From the IMG/VR virus record IMGVR_UViG_3300046315_000035: 64,000 nucleotides of DNA. The stretch is one strand, 5' to 3'. Position 1 is the stretch's first letter. Each line of letters begins with the position of its first letter. The position numbers and the translations under genes are program-made. The notes beneath the pieces were generated by a model, which made no database searches, was not told the DNA's origin, and was given only the letters and a program-made list of their open reading frames with translations. This DNA comes from a virus. Lineage: Duplodnaviria; Heunggongvirae; Uroviricota; Caudoviricetes. Below, one piece after another: positions 29,464 to 38,697 of this stretch.

Positions 29464-31254
29464 TCAACCTTCACATGCTAAACAAGTTTCGTTGTTTACT
29501 AATGATGTCATGTCGATTTCATCCTCAATTCTTCTTCGTTCAACCTTTTGACCAACCTTATCTGCTTTACGTAATTTAGAACTACGAACGTAGTACAAAG
29601 ATTTCAGTCCTTGTTTCCAAGCTTGAAAGTGAACAGCATGCAAGTATTTCACACTAACATCAGGTCTAAAGAACAGATTTGTACTGATTGCTTGATCTAC
29701 AAATTGTTGCCTATCGGATGTTTGTTCAATAATCCATCGTTGATCAATTTCAGCAGCAGTTTTAAATACATCTCTGGTGTATTGATTCATCCATTCTAGA
29801 TTCTGTACTGAACCATCGTCTGCAATAATACTTGCCCACGTATCATCATACCAAGAGTCTTCATGCTTTAAAGCTTCCTCTTTGATAATCTTATCTAAAA
29901 ACCTGTTCTTATTCAAGAATGCACCAGAGGTAGTATCTTGACGGTATGCGTTTGCTGAGTAAGGCTCAATACTTGGTGAAGTGTTACCCATGATAATTGA
30001 ACTAGATGCATTTGGTGCAACTGCCATAACATGACTACAACGCTTCATTACATTCATAGTTGCTGCATCTGGACAAGGACCACGCAAGATTGCTAAATTT
30101 TCATTTGCAGCATCAAGTTGTGTTCTGATATGCTTAAACATTCGCATGTTAGTACTCTTGGCTAATGCACCCTCAAAGACAATGTTGTTCTTTTGTAAGT
30201 AAGCATGATAACCTAACGCACCAACACCTACGCTTCTTTCTTGAATTGCACTGAATCTTGCTCTTGCTATTTCATCAGGAGCATTCTGAATGAAGTACTC
30301 AATAACGTTGTCAAGCATCTCTAATATGTCAGGAATAAACTGAGGATCGTTTTTCCAAGTATCAAAGTATTCCAAGTTTACTGAACTTAAGCAACAAACT
30401 GCAGTACGTTCTGCTGATGTAGCTAATGAAATTTCACTGCACAAGTTAGAACCGTGATTTTTCAATCCTAGTTTCTTTTGATATTCAGGTAGTCCTTCAT
30501 TTGCACGATCAATAAACCAAAGGTATGGTTCACCAGTTTGCATACGCAATTCTAGCAGTTTCATCCAAAGAGCCTTAGCAGAAACAACCTCAGTTACTTT
30601 ACCGCTGTGTGGTTGAACCAGTTCCCACGAATCATCTGCTGTTGGGTCAATCATGCATTTTTCAATAATCTGCATGAACTTGTCACTGATGTTCACGCCA
30701 TGATTCAAATTCAATGTACGCATATTTTGATCACCAGTTGGTTTACGCATTTCTAAAAATTGAGTAATATCTGGATGACTGATATCTAAGTAAGCAGCAT
30801 AAGAACCCCTGCGAGTTGTACCTTGTTTATACGCCAAACTAGATGCATCATATACTTTTAAGTGCGGCATTACACCTGCTGATTTATCATCACAACCACG
30901 AATACCTACATGTACTCCTACCCCACCACCCATCATAGATAGCCAGTTTGTTTCAGATAGATTGTTAACCAAACCCTCAGATGTATCATCCAAGAAATTC
31001 AAGTAACAACTAATTGGTAGTCCACGCTTGTTTCTACCAAAAGATAGAATCGGTGTAGAGTATGATAACCAATGCTTAGAGGCATAGTCATAAAGACGTT
31101 GAGCATGTGCTTCGTCTGTGGCGAAAGATTGTGATACAAAAGCAAATCTATCTTGAGGTGATTCCTCATCCTCTCGCATGTACGATTCTTTTAATCGTTT
31201 CAAACCAAGTTCATCGAACAATGAATCTCGGGTGTAATCTTTCTTAATTTGCAT
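29464..31254 (-). CDS. nrdA: ribonucleotide reductase large subunit (no ATP-cone)
   Basis: 596 aa with a conserved catalytic core (NLCSEI, C-terminal CLACEG). Confidence 0.8.
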   Translation of the reverse strand: MQIKKDYTRDSLFDELGLKRLKESYMREDEESPQDRFAFVSQSFATDEAHAQRLYDYASKHWLSYSTPILSFGRNKRGLPISCYLNFLDDTSEGLVNNLSETNWLSMMGGGVGVHVGIRGCDDKSAGVMPHLKVYDASSLAYKQGTTRRGSYAAYLDISHPDITQFLEMRKPTGDQNMRTLNLNHGVNISDKFMQIIEKCMIDPTADDSWELVQPHSGKVTEVVSAKALWMKLLELRMQTGEPYLWFIDRANEGLPEYQKKLGLKNHGSNLCSEISLATSAERTAVCCLSSVNLEYFDTWKNDPQFIPDILEMLDNVIEYFIQNAPDEIARARFSAIQERSVGVGALGYHAYLQKNNIVFEGALAKSTNMRMFKHIRTQLDAANENLAILRGPCPDAATMNVMKRCSHVMAVAPNASSSIIMGNTSPSIEPYSANAYRQDTTSGAFLNKNRFLDKIIKEEALKHEDSWYDDTWASIIADDGSVQNLEWMNQYTRDVFKTAAEIDQRWIIEQTSDRQQFVDQAISTNLFFRPDVSVKYLHAVHFQAWKQGLKSLYYVRSSKLRKADKVGQKVERRRIEDEIDMTSLVNNETCLACEG

Positions 31255-31668
31255 TTAGTCTTCCTCTGTTGTTGTTGTCGCATATTTATCTCTAGATTCT
31301 AACAATGCCTGTGCATCTTCAGTTTCGTATCTAGCACGATAAATGTCTTCTGTTAATTTACTTCCACTTGCTTTATCAATAGCAGGTCTACTTGCGCAAC
31401 CACTAGTGATCCAAGTTTTATCTAATCGTTCCTCTCCCACCCATCGACTGCACACAACAATTTCATTGAAACGATTTCTATGCTGCAAACCATCTTGCCT
31501 TTGGTATGGTCGATCTACGTTCATTCCTAGCGAATAAAGAAAGTCTTTGAATTCTTCATCCCTATATTCAAACTCACTTGAGTAATTTGGCATTACTTTA
31601 ACAATTTCTGATTCAGAAATAATACATAATGCTACAATTGCATTGGGTCGAGTTGTGTTTTTATTCAT
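31255..31668 (-). CDS. hypothetical protein
   Basis: Directly abuts the nrdA start; no motif. Confidence 0.4.
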   Translation of the reverse strand: MNKNTTRPNAIVALCIISESEIVKVMPNYSSEFEYRDEEFKDFLYSLGMNVDRPYQRQDGLQHRNRFNEIVVCSRWVGEERLDKTWITSGCASRPAIDKASGSKLTEDIYRARYETEDAQALLESRDKYATTTTEED

Positions 31669-31706
31669 TGTTACTACCTTTCAGAACAAACGAGAGTCCT
31701 ATTATA

Positions 31707-31865
31707 TCACTGCTTATTGGTTAAATCAAGGTTATCTTGATCTTCTGGTTCATCTTTAATACTATGTAGTTCACGGTGTTCATTTACTAATTTAATAGCA
31801 GCCGCATACATGACTACAATGATGCATAGTAAAACTAATGCACTAATTATTTGCAGGAATATCAT
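31707..31865 (-). CDS. small membrane protein (52 aa)
   Basis: Found by hand. ATGA overlap with the upstream gene and a hydrophobic N-terminus MIFLQIISALVLLCIIVVMYAAAI. Confidence 0.35.
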   Translation of the reverse strand: MIFLQIISALVLLCIIVVMYAAAIKLVNEHRELHSIKDEPEDQDNLDLTNKQ

Positions 31866-32419
31866 TTATTTTCCTTTTGTTTAAGTTTAGGGTCTAGCAT
31901 AAATTCAAGCAAGAACATTGCATTAACGGCTACTGCAGCCATGTGAAGCATGTCCGGTACGCTACTATCAGTGTCATACAGTTCGCCTCTTCTATGGGCT
32001 TCTAAGTGCCTGTACAGAGCATCTAGATATCTCTGTTCAGCACCTTGTACTTTCTTCCAGTTATCACGCTCTTTATATTTCTTAAGACCAACTGTAAGGT
32101 TTTTAGCAATCTGTTCTAAGGCATAGGATGGAATCAAACTGTATTGCAACTTATCTTGATCATATTTAGTACCGGGAGATTGCTCTTGTACAACATCAGC
32201 ATTGTTCCAATCTTTCATCTGCTGTGTATCTGATCGCAAATCTGCTTTTGATGCTGGTACAAAATATGAATCAGTTTCAGAACAATTTACGATTAAATTT
32301 GATAATCTACAACCTCTGCTATCATTACGAAATGCACAGGAATTACATCCTTGAACACCGTTCTTATCCGACACAACTCTATAGACCTTATTATCAACCA
32401 TAATATCATTTAAACTCAT
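31862..32419 (-). CDS. Cys-rich N-terminus + putative dATP/dGTP pyrophosphohydrolase-like domain
   Basis: C-terminal KYDQDKLQYSLIPSYALEQIAKNLTVGLKKY...NW..RYLDALYRHLEAHRRGE, matched from memory to the phage dNTP diphosphohydrolase family. Confidence 0.4.
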   Translation of the reverse strand: MSLNDIMVDNKVYRVVSDKNGVQGCNSCAFRNDSRGCRLSNLIVNCSETDSYFVPASKADLRSDTQQMKDWNNADVVQEQSPGTKYDQDKLQYSLIPSYALEQIAKNLTVGLKKYKERDNWKKVQGAEQRYLDALYRHLEAHRRGELYDTDSSVPDMLHMAAVAVNAMFLLEFMLDPKLKQKENK

Positions 32420-32421
32420 GC

Positions 32422-32925
32422 TCAGTCCTCCTTAAAACCATTCAATAGTAAATCTGCAGGAATACAGTTGCTAAGATCATTGCTTTCAAAATCAATTGGT
32501 TTCATGATCTTATCTTTTAGATTCTTAATTACAAATAACTCATACTCAGAATTATATTCAACAATAACTTGTATACCATCTTCTTCATACATCTGTGCAG
32601 TTTGAATTGCAGTCAGTTCTTTTGCAGGATACTTGGTTAAGTTATTATAAGCGGTATCTCGCATTGCTTTATTCATGTCTACACCAAGGTATTCTAGCTT
32701 TTGTGCAAGACCCAATGCTGTTACCAGTACATCAACTACACCATCTACTACTTCTTTAGCATTGTTCTTATCAATACCTTTTTCTTTAATCTCTTTGGTT
32801 TCTTCTAAGATTAAGTTATATTGAAACTCAATATCTTTTAAAGTAGTTAGTTTGTGCTTACCTGCGATTTCGTTGAACGCATTACAGTCCATTTGAAAAT
32901 CTGAAATATTATAGTCGAAAATCAT
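32422..32925 (-). CDS. MazG-like nucleotide pyrophosphohydrolase
   Basis: LILEETKEI...VVDGVVDVLVTALG matches the EExxE / ExxD helices of MazG/HisE-type proteins. Confidence 0.55.
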   Translation of the reverse strand: MIFDYNISDFQMDCNAFNEIAGKHKLTTLKDIEFQYNLILEETKEIKEKGIDKNNAKEVVDGVVDVLVTALGLAQKLEYLGVDMNKAMRDTAYNNLTKYPAKELTAIQTAQMYEEDGIQVIVEYNSEYELFVIKNLKDKIMKPIDFESNDLSNCIPADLLLNGFKED

Positions 32926-32942
32926 GTTTCTCCTTTACTATG

Positions 32943-32968
32943 AAAAAATCCCCGGCTGTTAACCGGGG
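32943..32968 (-). terminator. rho-independent terminator (minus strand)
   Basis: Stem ccccgg / ccgggg followed by a T-tract on the minus strand. Confidence 0.5.
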
Positions 32969-33008
32969 TGTGAACTCAAATTGTAAGTGCTAGTATAGCA
33001 CAAGTTCT

Positions 33009-33968
33009 TTACATCAGCAAGCTTTTACGCTTTTCTTTTGTAGTCTTCGGTGTACGATGCCGATGTACCGCACCGCATTCATTACAGCGCATTTCATCAA
33101 AAGCATTCAATCCTGTTTCGATTGTACGACCTGTAGCTTCAACTTCTGAGCTACCGCATACACGGCAACGCACAAGATCATCATTGTAGTACAAAGCTGC
33201 ATTGAAGTCTGAACCTGCACGACCTAGCTGACGAGTACGCAAATAAACATCATACAGCAAATCTACGTCTTGTTCGCAGTAAGTTACCATATCTTTCATG
33301 GCTTGCACATCACCTTCTTGAACTTTACGCCACAGTGAAATACCACCAGTGCTTACTTTGCGACCTAACCCAAAGAACTCACCAATTGCATCCAAACGAT
33401 TACTTGGTAGCTTCAAATACTTCTTAACTAGTTGTAAAGTATCTAGTACTTTTACTTGTGGCAATGGAGGAAAACCATTATAGATTGCTCTTGCTTGTAC
33501 TACTTTGTGATCAAAACCTAAGCTGTTGTGTGCAAGCACAGCATCTGCTTCTTCGTATAGTTCAAACAACTTCGCAATAATCCGTGAATCATCTTTATTG
33601 ATTACTTCTTCTGGTGTAAGGTAGATACTTTGTGTATTGTTACTACCCAACCAGCGCCAGCAAGCACATAAAATCCAACCACCGTTATCTAAGATATTAT
33701 CCTGTGATAAGTTAACTTTGAATCGACCAAAGGTGAGAGCAGTAGCTGCTGCAGTTTCGGTATCGAATACTAAAATCTTTGGACCTTCTGTTTGCTTAAA
33801 TACTACTTCATCTGGATCATAGAAAGGTTTAGGATCAGCAATCCAACGATTCCAAATGTCGTTAACAGTAGATTTACCAATACCTAGTTCTTCTGCAACA
33901 TATCGGCTACTCATACCAGCACCTGTCATTCTCACGACTTGTTCCACGATCTTATCTGAATGTTTCAT
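33009..33968 (-). CDS. 3'-5' exonuclease (DEDDy, PolB-exo-like) with N-terminal HTH and C-terminal zinc ribbon
   Basis: FDTETAA (Exo I), HNSLGFDHKVV (Exo II) and YCEQDVDLLYDVY (Exo III) motifs, plus a C-terminal CRVCG...CNECG. Confidence 0.55.
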   Translation of the reverse strand: MKHSDKIVEQVVRMTGAGMSSRYVAEELGIGKSTVNDIWNRWIADPKPFYDPDEVVFKQTEGPKILVFDTETAAATALTFGRFKVNLSQDNILDNGGWILCACWRWLGSNNTQSIYLTPEEVINKDDSRIIAKLFELYEEADAVLAHNSLGFDHKVVQARAIYNGFPPLPQVKVLDTLQLVKKYLKLPSNRLDAIGEFFGLGRKVSTGGISLWRKVQEGDVQAMKDMVTYCEQDVDLLYDVYLRTRQLGRAGSDFNAALYYNDDLVRCRVCGSSEVEATGRTIETGLNAFDEMRCNECGAVHRHRTPKTTKEKRKSLLM

Positions 33969-34147
33969 TCTACATTTCCTTCCGTTACGGTTGCATCATG
34001 TTTATAAACCCAATTTAAAGCATTGAATTGTCCACCTTCTCTTGTCCAGTAAGCTTTATCTTCAATAAAAGTTACTTCGAATTCTTCACCGATACGTTTA
34101 TTGTACCAAAGAAGAGCATCATTGCAGTCAATTATTTTGATCTTCAT
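33965..34147 (-). CDS. hypothetical small protein
   Basis: 60 aa with overlapping starts and stops. Confidence 0.35.
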   Translation of the reverse strand: MKIKIIDCNDALLWYNKRIGEEFEVTFIEDKAYWTREGGQFNALNWVYKHDATVTEGNVE

Positions 34148-34649
34148 GTGAATCCTTTATCTCTTGTATTAAAGTGCGAATTGTATCATAACTGAATTGC
34201 TTTGTCAATACAGCTTTTTGAAATAACTTCTTTCGTTCTGCACCGTTTTTACCTCTGCTTTGGTTTAGTGCTACTAACAGGTTATCTTTTTGTGCTTCTT
34301 TTAGCTTATTGAATTCGGTGTTAATCTTTTTAATCCAACCATTGTGACGATAACGACCATCAGGTTTCTTCTCAAGATAATCAGCGCACTCTCTAAGTAA
34401 AGTAGGTAGATCATTAGGATACCACCAAGCGATTAGTCTAATGTAAGCATTCTCAGCTTTACCAGCAAAAGCATTTACCTGACGATGTAAAACACCTCGT
34501 ACAAGTTGTGTTTCATCATGAGCATGATCAAGTACATGTTGTTTAGTTGGAATATCTAAACCAGTTACAGCGCATTTATTATTTTGCTCTTTAGTTAGCT
34601 GTTCACGCACTTTCTTTACATCTGCAGTATTGTATAAATCAGTTGTCAT
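34128..34649 (-). CDS. endonuclease VII-like protein (possible junction resolvase)
   Basis: CAVTGLDI..HVLDHAHDETQLVRGVLHRQVN matches the endonuclease VII HNH core. Confidence 0.5.
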   Translation of the reverse strand: MTTDLYNTADVKKVREQLTKEQNNKCAVTGLDIPTKQHVLDHAHDETQLVRGVLHRQVNAFAGKAENAYIRLIAWWYPNDLPTLLRECADYLEKKPDGRYRHNGWIKKINTEFNKLKEAQKDNLLVALNQSRGKNGAERKKLFQKAVLTKQFSYDTIRTLIQEIKDSHEDQNN

Positions 34650-34812
34650 TGGAGTGCAACCTTTGCTCTAATCTATGTATTTCATTAGCAGCTTCTTCAA
34701 GTAAATCAGAGATTCTATCTGGTTTACCTTCTTGTACTGACTTCCTAGACTCAATATTTCTGCGAATCTCTGCACGTTTTCTTAATCGGTAAAGTAAGGA
34801 TTCTTCACTCAT
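34639..34812 (-). CDS. small hypothetical protein (57 aa)
   Basis: Found by hand; ATGA overlaps at both ends; charged helical product. Confidence 0.3.
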   Translation of the reverse strand: MSEESLLYRLRKRAEIRRNIESRKSVQEGKPDRISDLLEEAANEIHRLEQRLHSNDN

Positions 34813-35783
34813 AGCATAATACCTCTTTCATCCATAAAATCATACACATCACTAGGATCATTCCAACTTCTTTTCATGTAAGCGCACTTCCAATACATTT
34901 TTAGCATCATCTGCCAATCTGCAATGTGTTCCTTGCCATGACAATCTTTATATTCAAATTTATCAGGATACAGTCGTTTGAATTCAGCAAACATAATCTG
35001 CATAATCTCTTGTTCTGTAGTAGCATTCTCTAAAGCCTTCATTGCTTTAGAAGGTCCATACTTTACTTGAGACAACTGATAACCTTGGTAAGTATCTGCA
35101 GTATCTCCAGCCAGTACTTGAAATGCTAAGAACTTTAGACCATCACCTTTGATTGTAGTTTTAACTTTACGCAAGTGCCCAACTGTTGGAATAAGGTGAA
35201 TCTTAGGCTCTTCATCTGTCCAGTTAAACAGGTGAATTCCTTGGCACTGGTAGCTATCCTTATCTACACTTGCTAACACCGCTTCCTGATCGTTATAGAG
35301 GGCTTCATACGAACGTATTGTTACTACATCATCTACTTCTAGACCGTTATCAACAACTTTTGCTTTGTATTTGCGTCTTAGATGATTTCTAACTGCAGTT
35401 AAATGCACAGGTTTAATCGTGTCTTGTCTGTTGTCTTTATATGGTGTAGGTAACGCTAGATCATGTCTGAAGGTTTTACCACTACCAATGTAAATTTCAA
35501 GTTCATCACACCATGTTGATTCTAGAAGTTTTTCAATGCTCTTGTTGACAGTACCTACCGCAAATGAAATATCTACAGGATGTTGATGGTCTGTAATTAC
35601 ATAAGCTTCAGGTTTAAACTCAATCTCTTTGTCTGCTAAAAACTTCTTGAACTCAGTTCTTGTACCAAATTCTTTTTCTCTACCTGACTTTAAATGCTTT
35701 GCAATAATCGTGCGAGTTTCAGCAGCAGCAGCATGTTTGTATGCAACTAAGTCACCGTCTACGATTAAGAGTCTTTTACTCAT
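34809..35783 (-). CDS. 5'-3' exonuclease / flap endonuclease (PIN-like)
   Basis: N-terminal LLIVDGDLVAYKHAAAA is typical of FEN/5'-nuclease PIN domains. Confidence 0.5.
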   Translation of the reverse strand: MSKRLLIVDGDLVAYKHAAAAETRTIIAKHLKSGREKEFGTRTEFKKFLADKEIEFKPEAYVITDHQHPVDISFAVGTVNKSIEKLLESTWCDELEIYIGSGKTFRHDLALPTPYKDNRQDTIKPVHLTAVRNHLRRKYKAKVVDNGLEVDDVVTIRSYEALYNDQEAVLASVDKDSYQCQGIHLFNWTDEEPKIHLIPTVGHLRKVKTTIKGDGLKFLAFQVLAGDTADTYQGYQLSQVKYGPSKAMKALENATTEQEIMQIMFAEFKRLYPDKFEYKDCHGKEHIADWQMMLKMYWKCAYMKRSWNDPSDVYDFMDERGIML

Positions 35784-35796
35784 AGGCTCTCCTTAA

Positions 35797-35828
35797 AGAA
35801 AAACCCGAGGGTGTTAGCCTCGGGTAAA
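35797..35828 (-). terminator. rho-independent terminator (minus strand)
   Basis: Stem cccgagg / cctcggg followed by tttttcttt on the minus strand. Confidence 0.5.
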
Positions 35829-35831
35829 ATA

Positions 35832-36050
35832 TTAGCTGCGGCTAATGTCAATAGCTTTCAGAATTTCGTCTGATTTAGCTTTTAGTTCATCAACCTTGTT
35901 CTTAACGATTGCTTTTGCTACTGCACTAACAATTGCTGGATCAAGACCCGATTCTTTAGCGTCATCTTTGATTTCTTTAGCTTCTTCAGCTAGTGACTGT
36001 TCTTGAGTATAAATACGAACTAGTTTTGCGATTGCTTCTTTTTGATTCAT
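35832..36050 (-). CDS. hypothetical protein
   Basis: 72 aa, Ala/Lys/Glu-rich. Confidence 0.4.
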   Translation of the reverse strand: MNQKEAIAKLVRIYTQEQSLAEEAKEIKDDAKESGLDPAIVSAVAKAIVKNKVDELKAKSDEILKAIDISRS

Positions 36051-36051
36051 A

Positions 36052-36261
36052 TTAATCCTTCTTAGTAAAAACTGCTTTGCTGAAAATTGTCAAGTTCAAT
36101 AGAACTACCGCTGCCCACTGATAAAAACCAAATGGAATTGCTAGAACTGGAAACAATGTGTTTAGTGACCAGATAATAGCAATGGGTCCAAAGATGATCA
36201 GTAACACAGCAAAAGTAAGCATGAAAATAATTGTCATAATATCCTTAGTTTGTTTTGTCAT
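36052..36261 (-). CDS. small membrane protein
   Basis: Two hydrophobic segments. Confidence 0.4.
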   Translation of the reverse strand: MTKQTKDIMTIIFMLTFAVLLIIFGPIAIIWSLNTLFPVLAIPFGFYQWAAVVLLNLTIFSKAVFTKKD

Positions 36262-36274
36262 GTTAATCCTTTAA

Positions 36275-36910
36275 TTAAAATGGAATGTCATCGTCATCAT
36301 CAGGGGTTGCTGCAGGTTTAGCTTTTGGTTTAGCTGCAGCCTTAGCTTTTGGTGCTGGTGCTGGTTCTTCAGCTTCATCATCAAATTCGCTACCAGCTTC
36401 GTATCCTGCACCCTCTTCGGCTACATATTCAATCATTGAAGTAACTAGTACATTCTTTAGATAGAAAGATGTAGTGCCGTTAGTGCGCTCAAACTTATCA
36501 ATGCTGATTGAACCGTAAGAACCATTTGCAGGTAGCTTACTGTTAGTAACATCAACTAGTGCTTTACCGACTTTCTCAAAGACTTTTGGCTTGTACAAAT
36601 CAGGTACAGGTTTACCAGTTTTACCTAGCTCTGTAGACTTGCGTAATGTTACAACCCAAATATTCTTACCTGCATCTTCTGGAGGTGCTACTTTATAGAT
36701 ACCTTCAAATTCACTGGTTTTAACCTTCTTGATTGAAGTCTTGGCATCTACTTGTTTAGCGAATGCTTCGTATTCATCTAGTACATCTTCATCAGTAATG
36801 GCTACCGAAGCTTTCCATTCATCTGGCTTTGGTGCATCACCTGCTTTAACATAACCTTTGACTGGTTTGTGTAGTTGTACATAGAGAAGCATACCTGTTA
36901 GTTTTTGCAT
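36275..36910 (-). CDS. ssDNA-binding protein with host-SSB-like acidic C-terminal tip (DDDDDIPF)
   Basis: The C-terminus ...ATPDDDDDIPF copies the E. coli SSB tail DDDIPF, and an Ala/Pro/Lys-rich linker precedes it. Confidence 0.5.
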   Translation of the reverse strand: MQKLTGMLLYVQLHKPVKGYVKAGDAPKPDEWKASVAITDEDVLDEYEAFAKQVDAKTSIKKVKTSEFEGIYKVAPPEDAGKNIWVVTLRKSTELGKTGKPVPDLYKPKVFEKVGKALVDVTNSKLPANGSYGSISIDKFERTNGTTSFYLKNVLVTSMIEYVAEEGAGYEAGSEFDDEAEEPAPAPKAKAAAKPKAKPAATPDDDDDIPF

Positions 36911-36973
36911 AATATTTCCTTTCGACTATTAATAAAAGACTCTACTTATGACGGAAGTAGTAACCGAAGTGCA

Positions 36974-37002
36974 ATTATAGCAAACTGCAAATGCTTTGTC
37001 AA
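36974..37002 (-). promoter_or_regulatory. consensus sigma70 promoter TTGACA-17-TGcTATAAT (minus strand)
   Basis: On the minus strand the sequence reads TTGACAAAGCATTTGCAGTTTGCTATAAT, upstream of the SSB gene. Confidence 0.6.
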
Positions 37003-37117
37003 TAGTTAATTGACTTTATTTTGGTGGACAACAACGGGAATCTAACCCGCTTTCTCCTCCTATGCTATTAGGAAGTTTCATACCAGCATCAGGTAATTGA
37101 CACATCATGTCCGTTTT

Positions 37118-37192
37118 TGGTGGGTCAGACTGGACTTGAACCAGCACTATCTCGATTATGAGTCGAGGGCTTCACCTTTAAGCTACTGACCC
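37118..37192 (-). tRNA. tRNA-Met (anticodon CAT; elongator or lysidine-Ile type)
   Basis: Cloverleaf with acceptor GGGTCAG/CTGACCC, anticodon arm CTCGA-CTCATAA-TCGAG, T-arm GCTGG-TTCAAGT-CCAGT and an encoded CCA. Position 1:72 is paired, so it is not an initiator. Confidence 0.7.
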
Positions 37193-37204
37193 GCTGGTCA
37201 TTAA

Positions 37205-37543
37205 TTATTCGTAAACAATAACTGTTTTCTTTTCAGGTGTTACAAACTTATAACCTTGGTAATCTGTACCATAGTGTGATGCATACCAACCGTAGAACTT
37301 AACAAAGCAATCTTCACCGCTTTTGCTAAACTTCCATACGCACCAGTAGTCAGAACCTTGATCTTCACCACCGTAGCAATCTACTGCTGTGTAATTGATC
37401 AAATTATTGTCAAGTGCCTTTTCAATTTCACCATAACAGTTACTTTCATCCATCATATATCCTAGTGAATTATCAGTTACACTATCAAATATAACCTGTA
37501 AAGCTTCTTTAAGACTCATATAACTCTCCTTATTTCTTTTCAA
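37205..37543 (-). CDS. hypothetical protein, tandem paralogue A (YGGEDQGSDYW motif)
   Basis: Shares the C-terminal domain ..YGGEDQGSDYW.V..FS....V.F.KF.GWYAS..G with 37530-37883. Confidence 0.5.
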   Translation of the reverse strand: MKRNKESYMSLKEALQVIFDSVTDNSLGYMMDESNCYGEIEKALDNNLINYTAVDCYGGEDQGSDYWCVWKFSKSGEDCFVKFYGWYASHYGTDYQGYKFVTPEKKTVIVYE

Positions 37544-37883
37544 ATACAGTGATAGTTTTCTCTACGGGTTTGACCTCATAGAACTCTTCGTAGGTTGAAC
37601 CATCGTAAGATGCATACCAACCATTAAACTTAATGAATACAACCTGCATACCATCTGAGAATGAATACACACTCCAGTAGTCAGAACCTTGGTCTTCACC
37701 ACCATAGCGATCTACGAGTTCGAAGTTGATTTTAGCTTCTCTGAGTTGCTTTCTAAAGTCTTTAACACTCTTAGTGTCCCAATCGTATTCAGAAGTAAAC
37801 TCACAATCGAAAAATTCAGTTTTAACTTCAGTATCAGCTTCTACAAGTAGTGCATTGACTCTATCAATTAATTTATCAGACAT
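37530..37883 (-). CDS. hypothetical protein, tandem paralogue B (YGGEDQGSDYW motif)
   Basis: Paralogue of 37205-37543 with a divergent N-terminus. Confidence 0.5.
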   Translation of the reverse strand: MSDKLIDRVNALLVEADTEVKTEFFDCEFTSEYDWDTKSVKDFRKQLREAKINFELVDRYGGEDQGSDYWSVYSFSDGMQVVFIKFNGWYASYDGSTYEEFYEVKPVEKTITVFEKK

Positions 37884-37884
37884 A

Positions 37885-38697
37885 TTACTCCTTTAGTAAA
37901 ATTTGTTTAACATTTTCAAACTTAGCAGCATCAAACATATCCAAGACTTCTGTATAGTTATCAATTGCATAATCACGAAACCAACCTGAACATAGTGTAG
38001 TACAAATCTTATTTACTGATTTATAAAACGCTAGTTTAGTTGGTGCTTTCCAATCGCTAGGCACTAAAAACCTTTCGGTTGAAATAACATAAGCTTCTTC
38101 TGCAATGCATCTGAGTTTGTCTGCATGGCTTAGATTGTACCACAGATTTTTATCACACCACGCTAACTTTGAATCTTTTTGCAGTTTTTTATACAAGGGT
38201 TCTTCATGGTAAGCAAACAATTCGTGCAAGTAGTCATGATTATACTTCTTAGTTACTGCATCATCAAAGAAACCTTCTACTGTTTGCATCAAGTTCGGAT
38301 TACCTTGTGGATATGCTGACATAGTAAGCTTGATGCGTTTATTCAGTACATCTTCATCCTTATCAGTAAAGAAGGGACGAAATGCTTTTAAGTACATATT
38401 GTATTGTGTCATGTGCTTTTCAAACTTACGATCACGCCATAGGTGACTGCGCTTTACAATTGCAAGACCAACAGGGTTGACTACGTAAACTCTTTGACCT
38501 GCAATTTCAATCCAGTGCGTACTTGCATAGTTTAACAGATCGTAATTAGCGACTTGATTAAACGTATGGTGCTCAATACGCTTTGTTGTATCAGTAATTT
38601 TATGTTCACTGATAACGTCCCAATCTGAATCTGGCTTTGCTTTAAAGATGTTACTCCAGTATTGCAATGCTTGTGAACCAATCAATAGATTTTTCAT
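37885..38697 (-). CDS. hypothetical protein, possible pol-beta-type nucleotidyltransferase
   Basis: N-terminal LLIGSQALQYWSNIFKAKPDSDWDV resembles the GS...DxD nucleotidyltransferase-fold motif. This is a weak assignment. Confidence 0.35.
   Translation of the reverse strand: MKNLLIGSQALQYWSNIFKAKPDSDWDVISEHKITDTTKRIEHHTFNQVANYDLLNYASTHWIEIAGQRVYVVNPVGLAIVKRSHLWRDRKFEKHMTQYNMYLKAFRPFFTDKDEDVLNKRIKLTMSAYPQGNPNLMQTVEGFFDDAVTKKYNHDYLHELFAYHEEPLYKKLQKDSKLAWCDKNLWYNLSHADKLRCIAEEAYVISTERFLVPSDWKAPTKLAFYKSVNKICTTLCSGWFRDYAIDNYTEVLDMFDAAKFENVKQILLKE

Noticed and set aside
29464-31254. A possible frameshift or truncation of nrdA, at 596 aa against about 760 aa for class Ia.
   Set aside because: The ORF is continuous, the neighbouring genes abut it cleanly, and the missing N-terminus is explained by absence of the ATP-cone domain.
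37022-37112. Possible second tRNA adjacent to tRNA-Met. The minus strand shows a T-arm-like GCGGG-TTAGATT-CCCGT and the sequence ends in CCACCA.
   Set aside because: I could not build a consistent cloverleaf. The acceptor stem has two mismatches, there is no D-arm, and there is no 5+7+5 anticodon arm. It needs tRNAscan or Infernal to settle.
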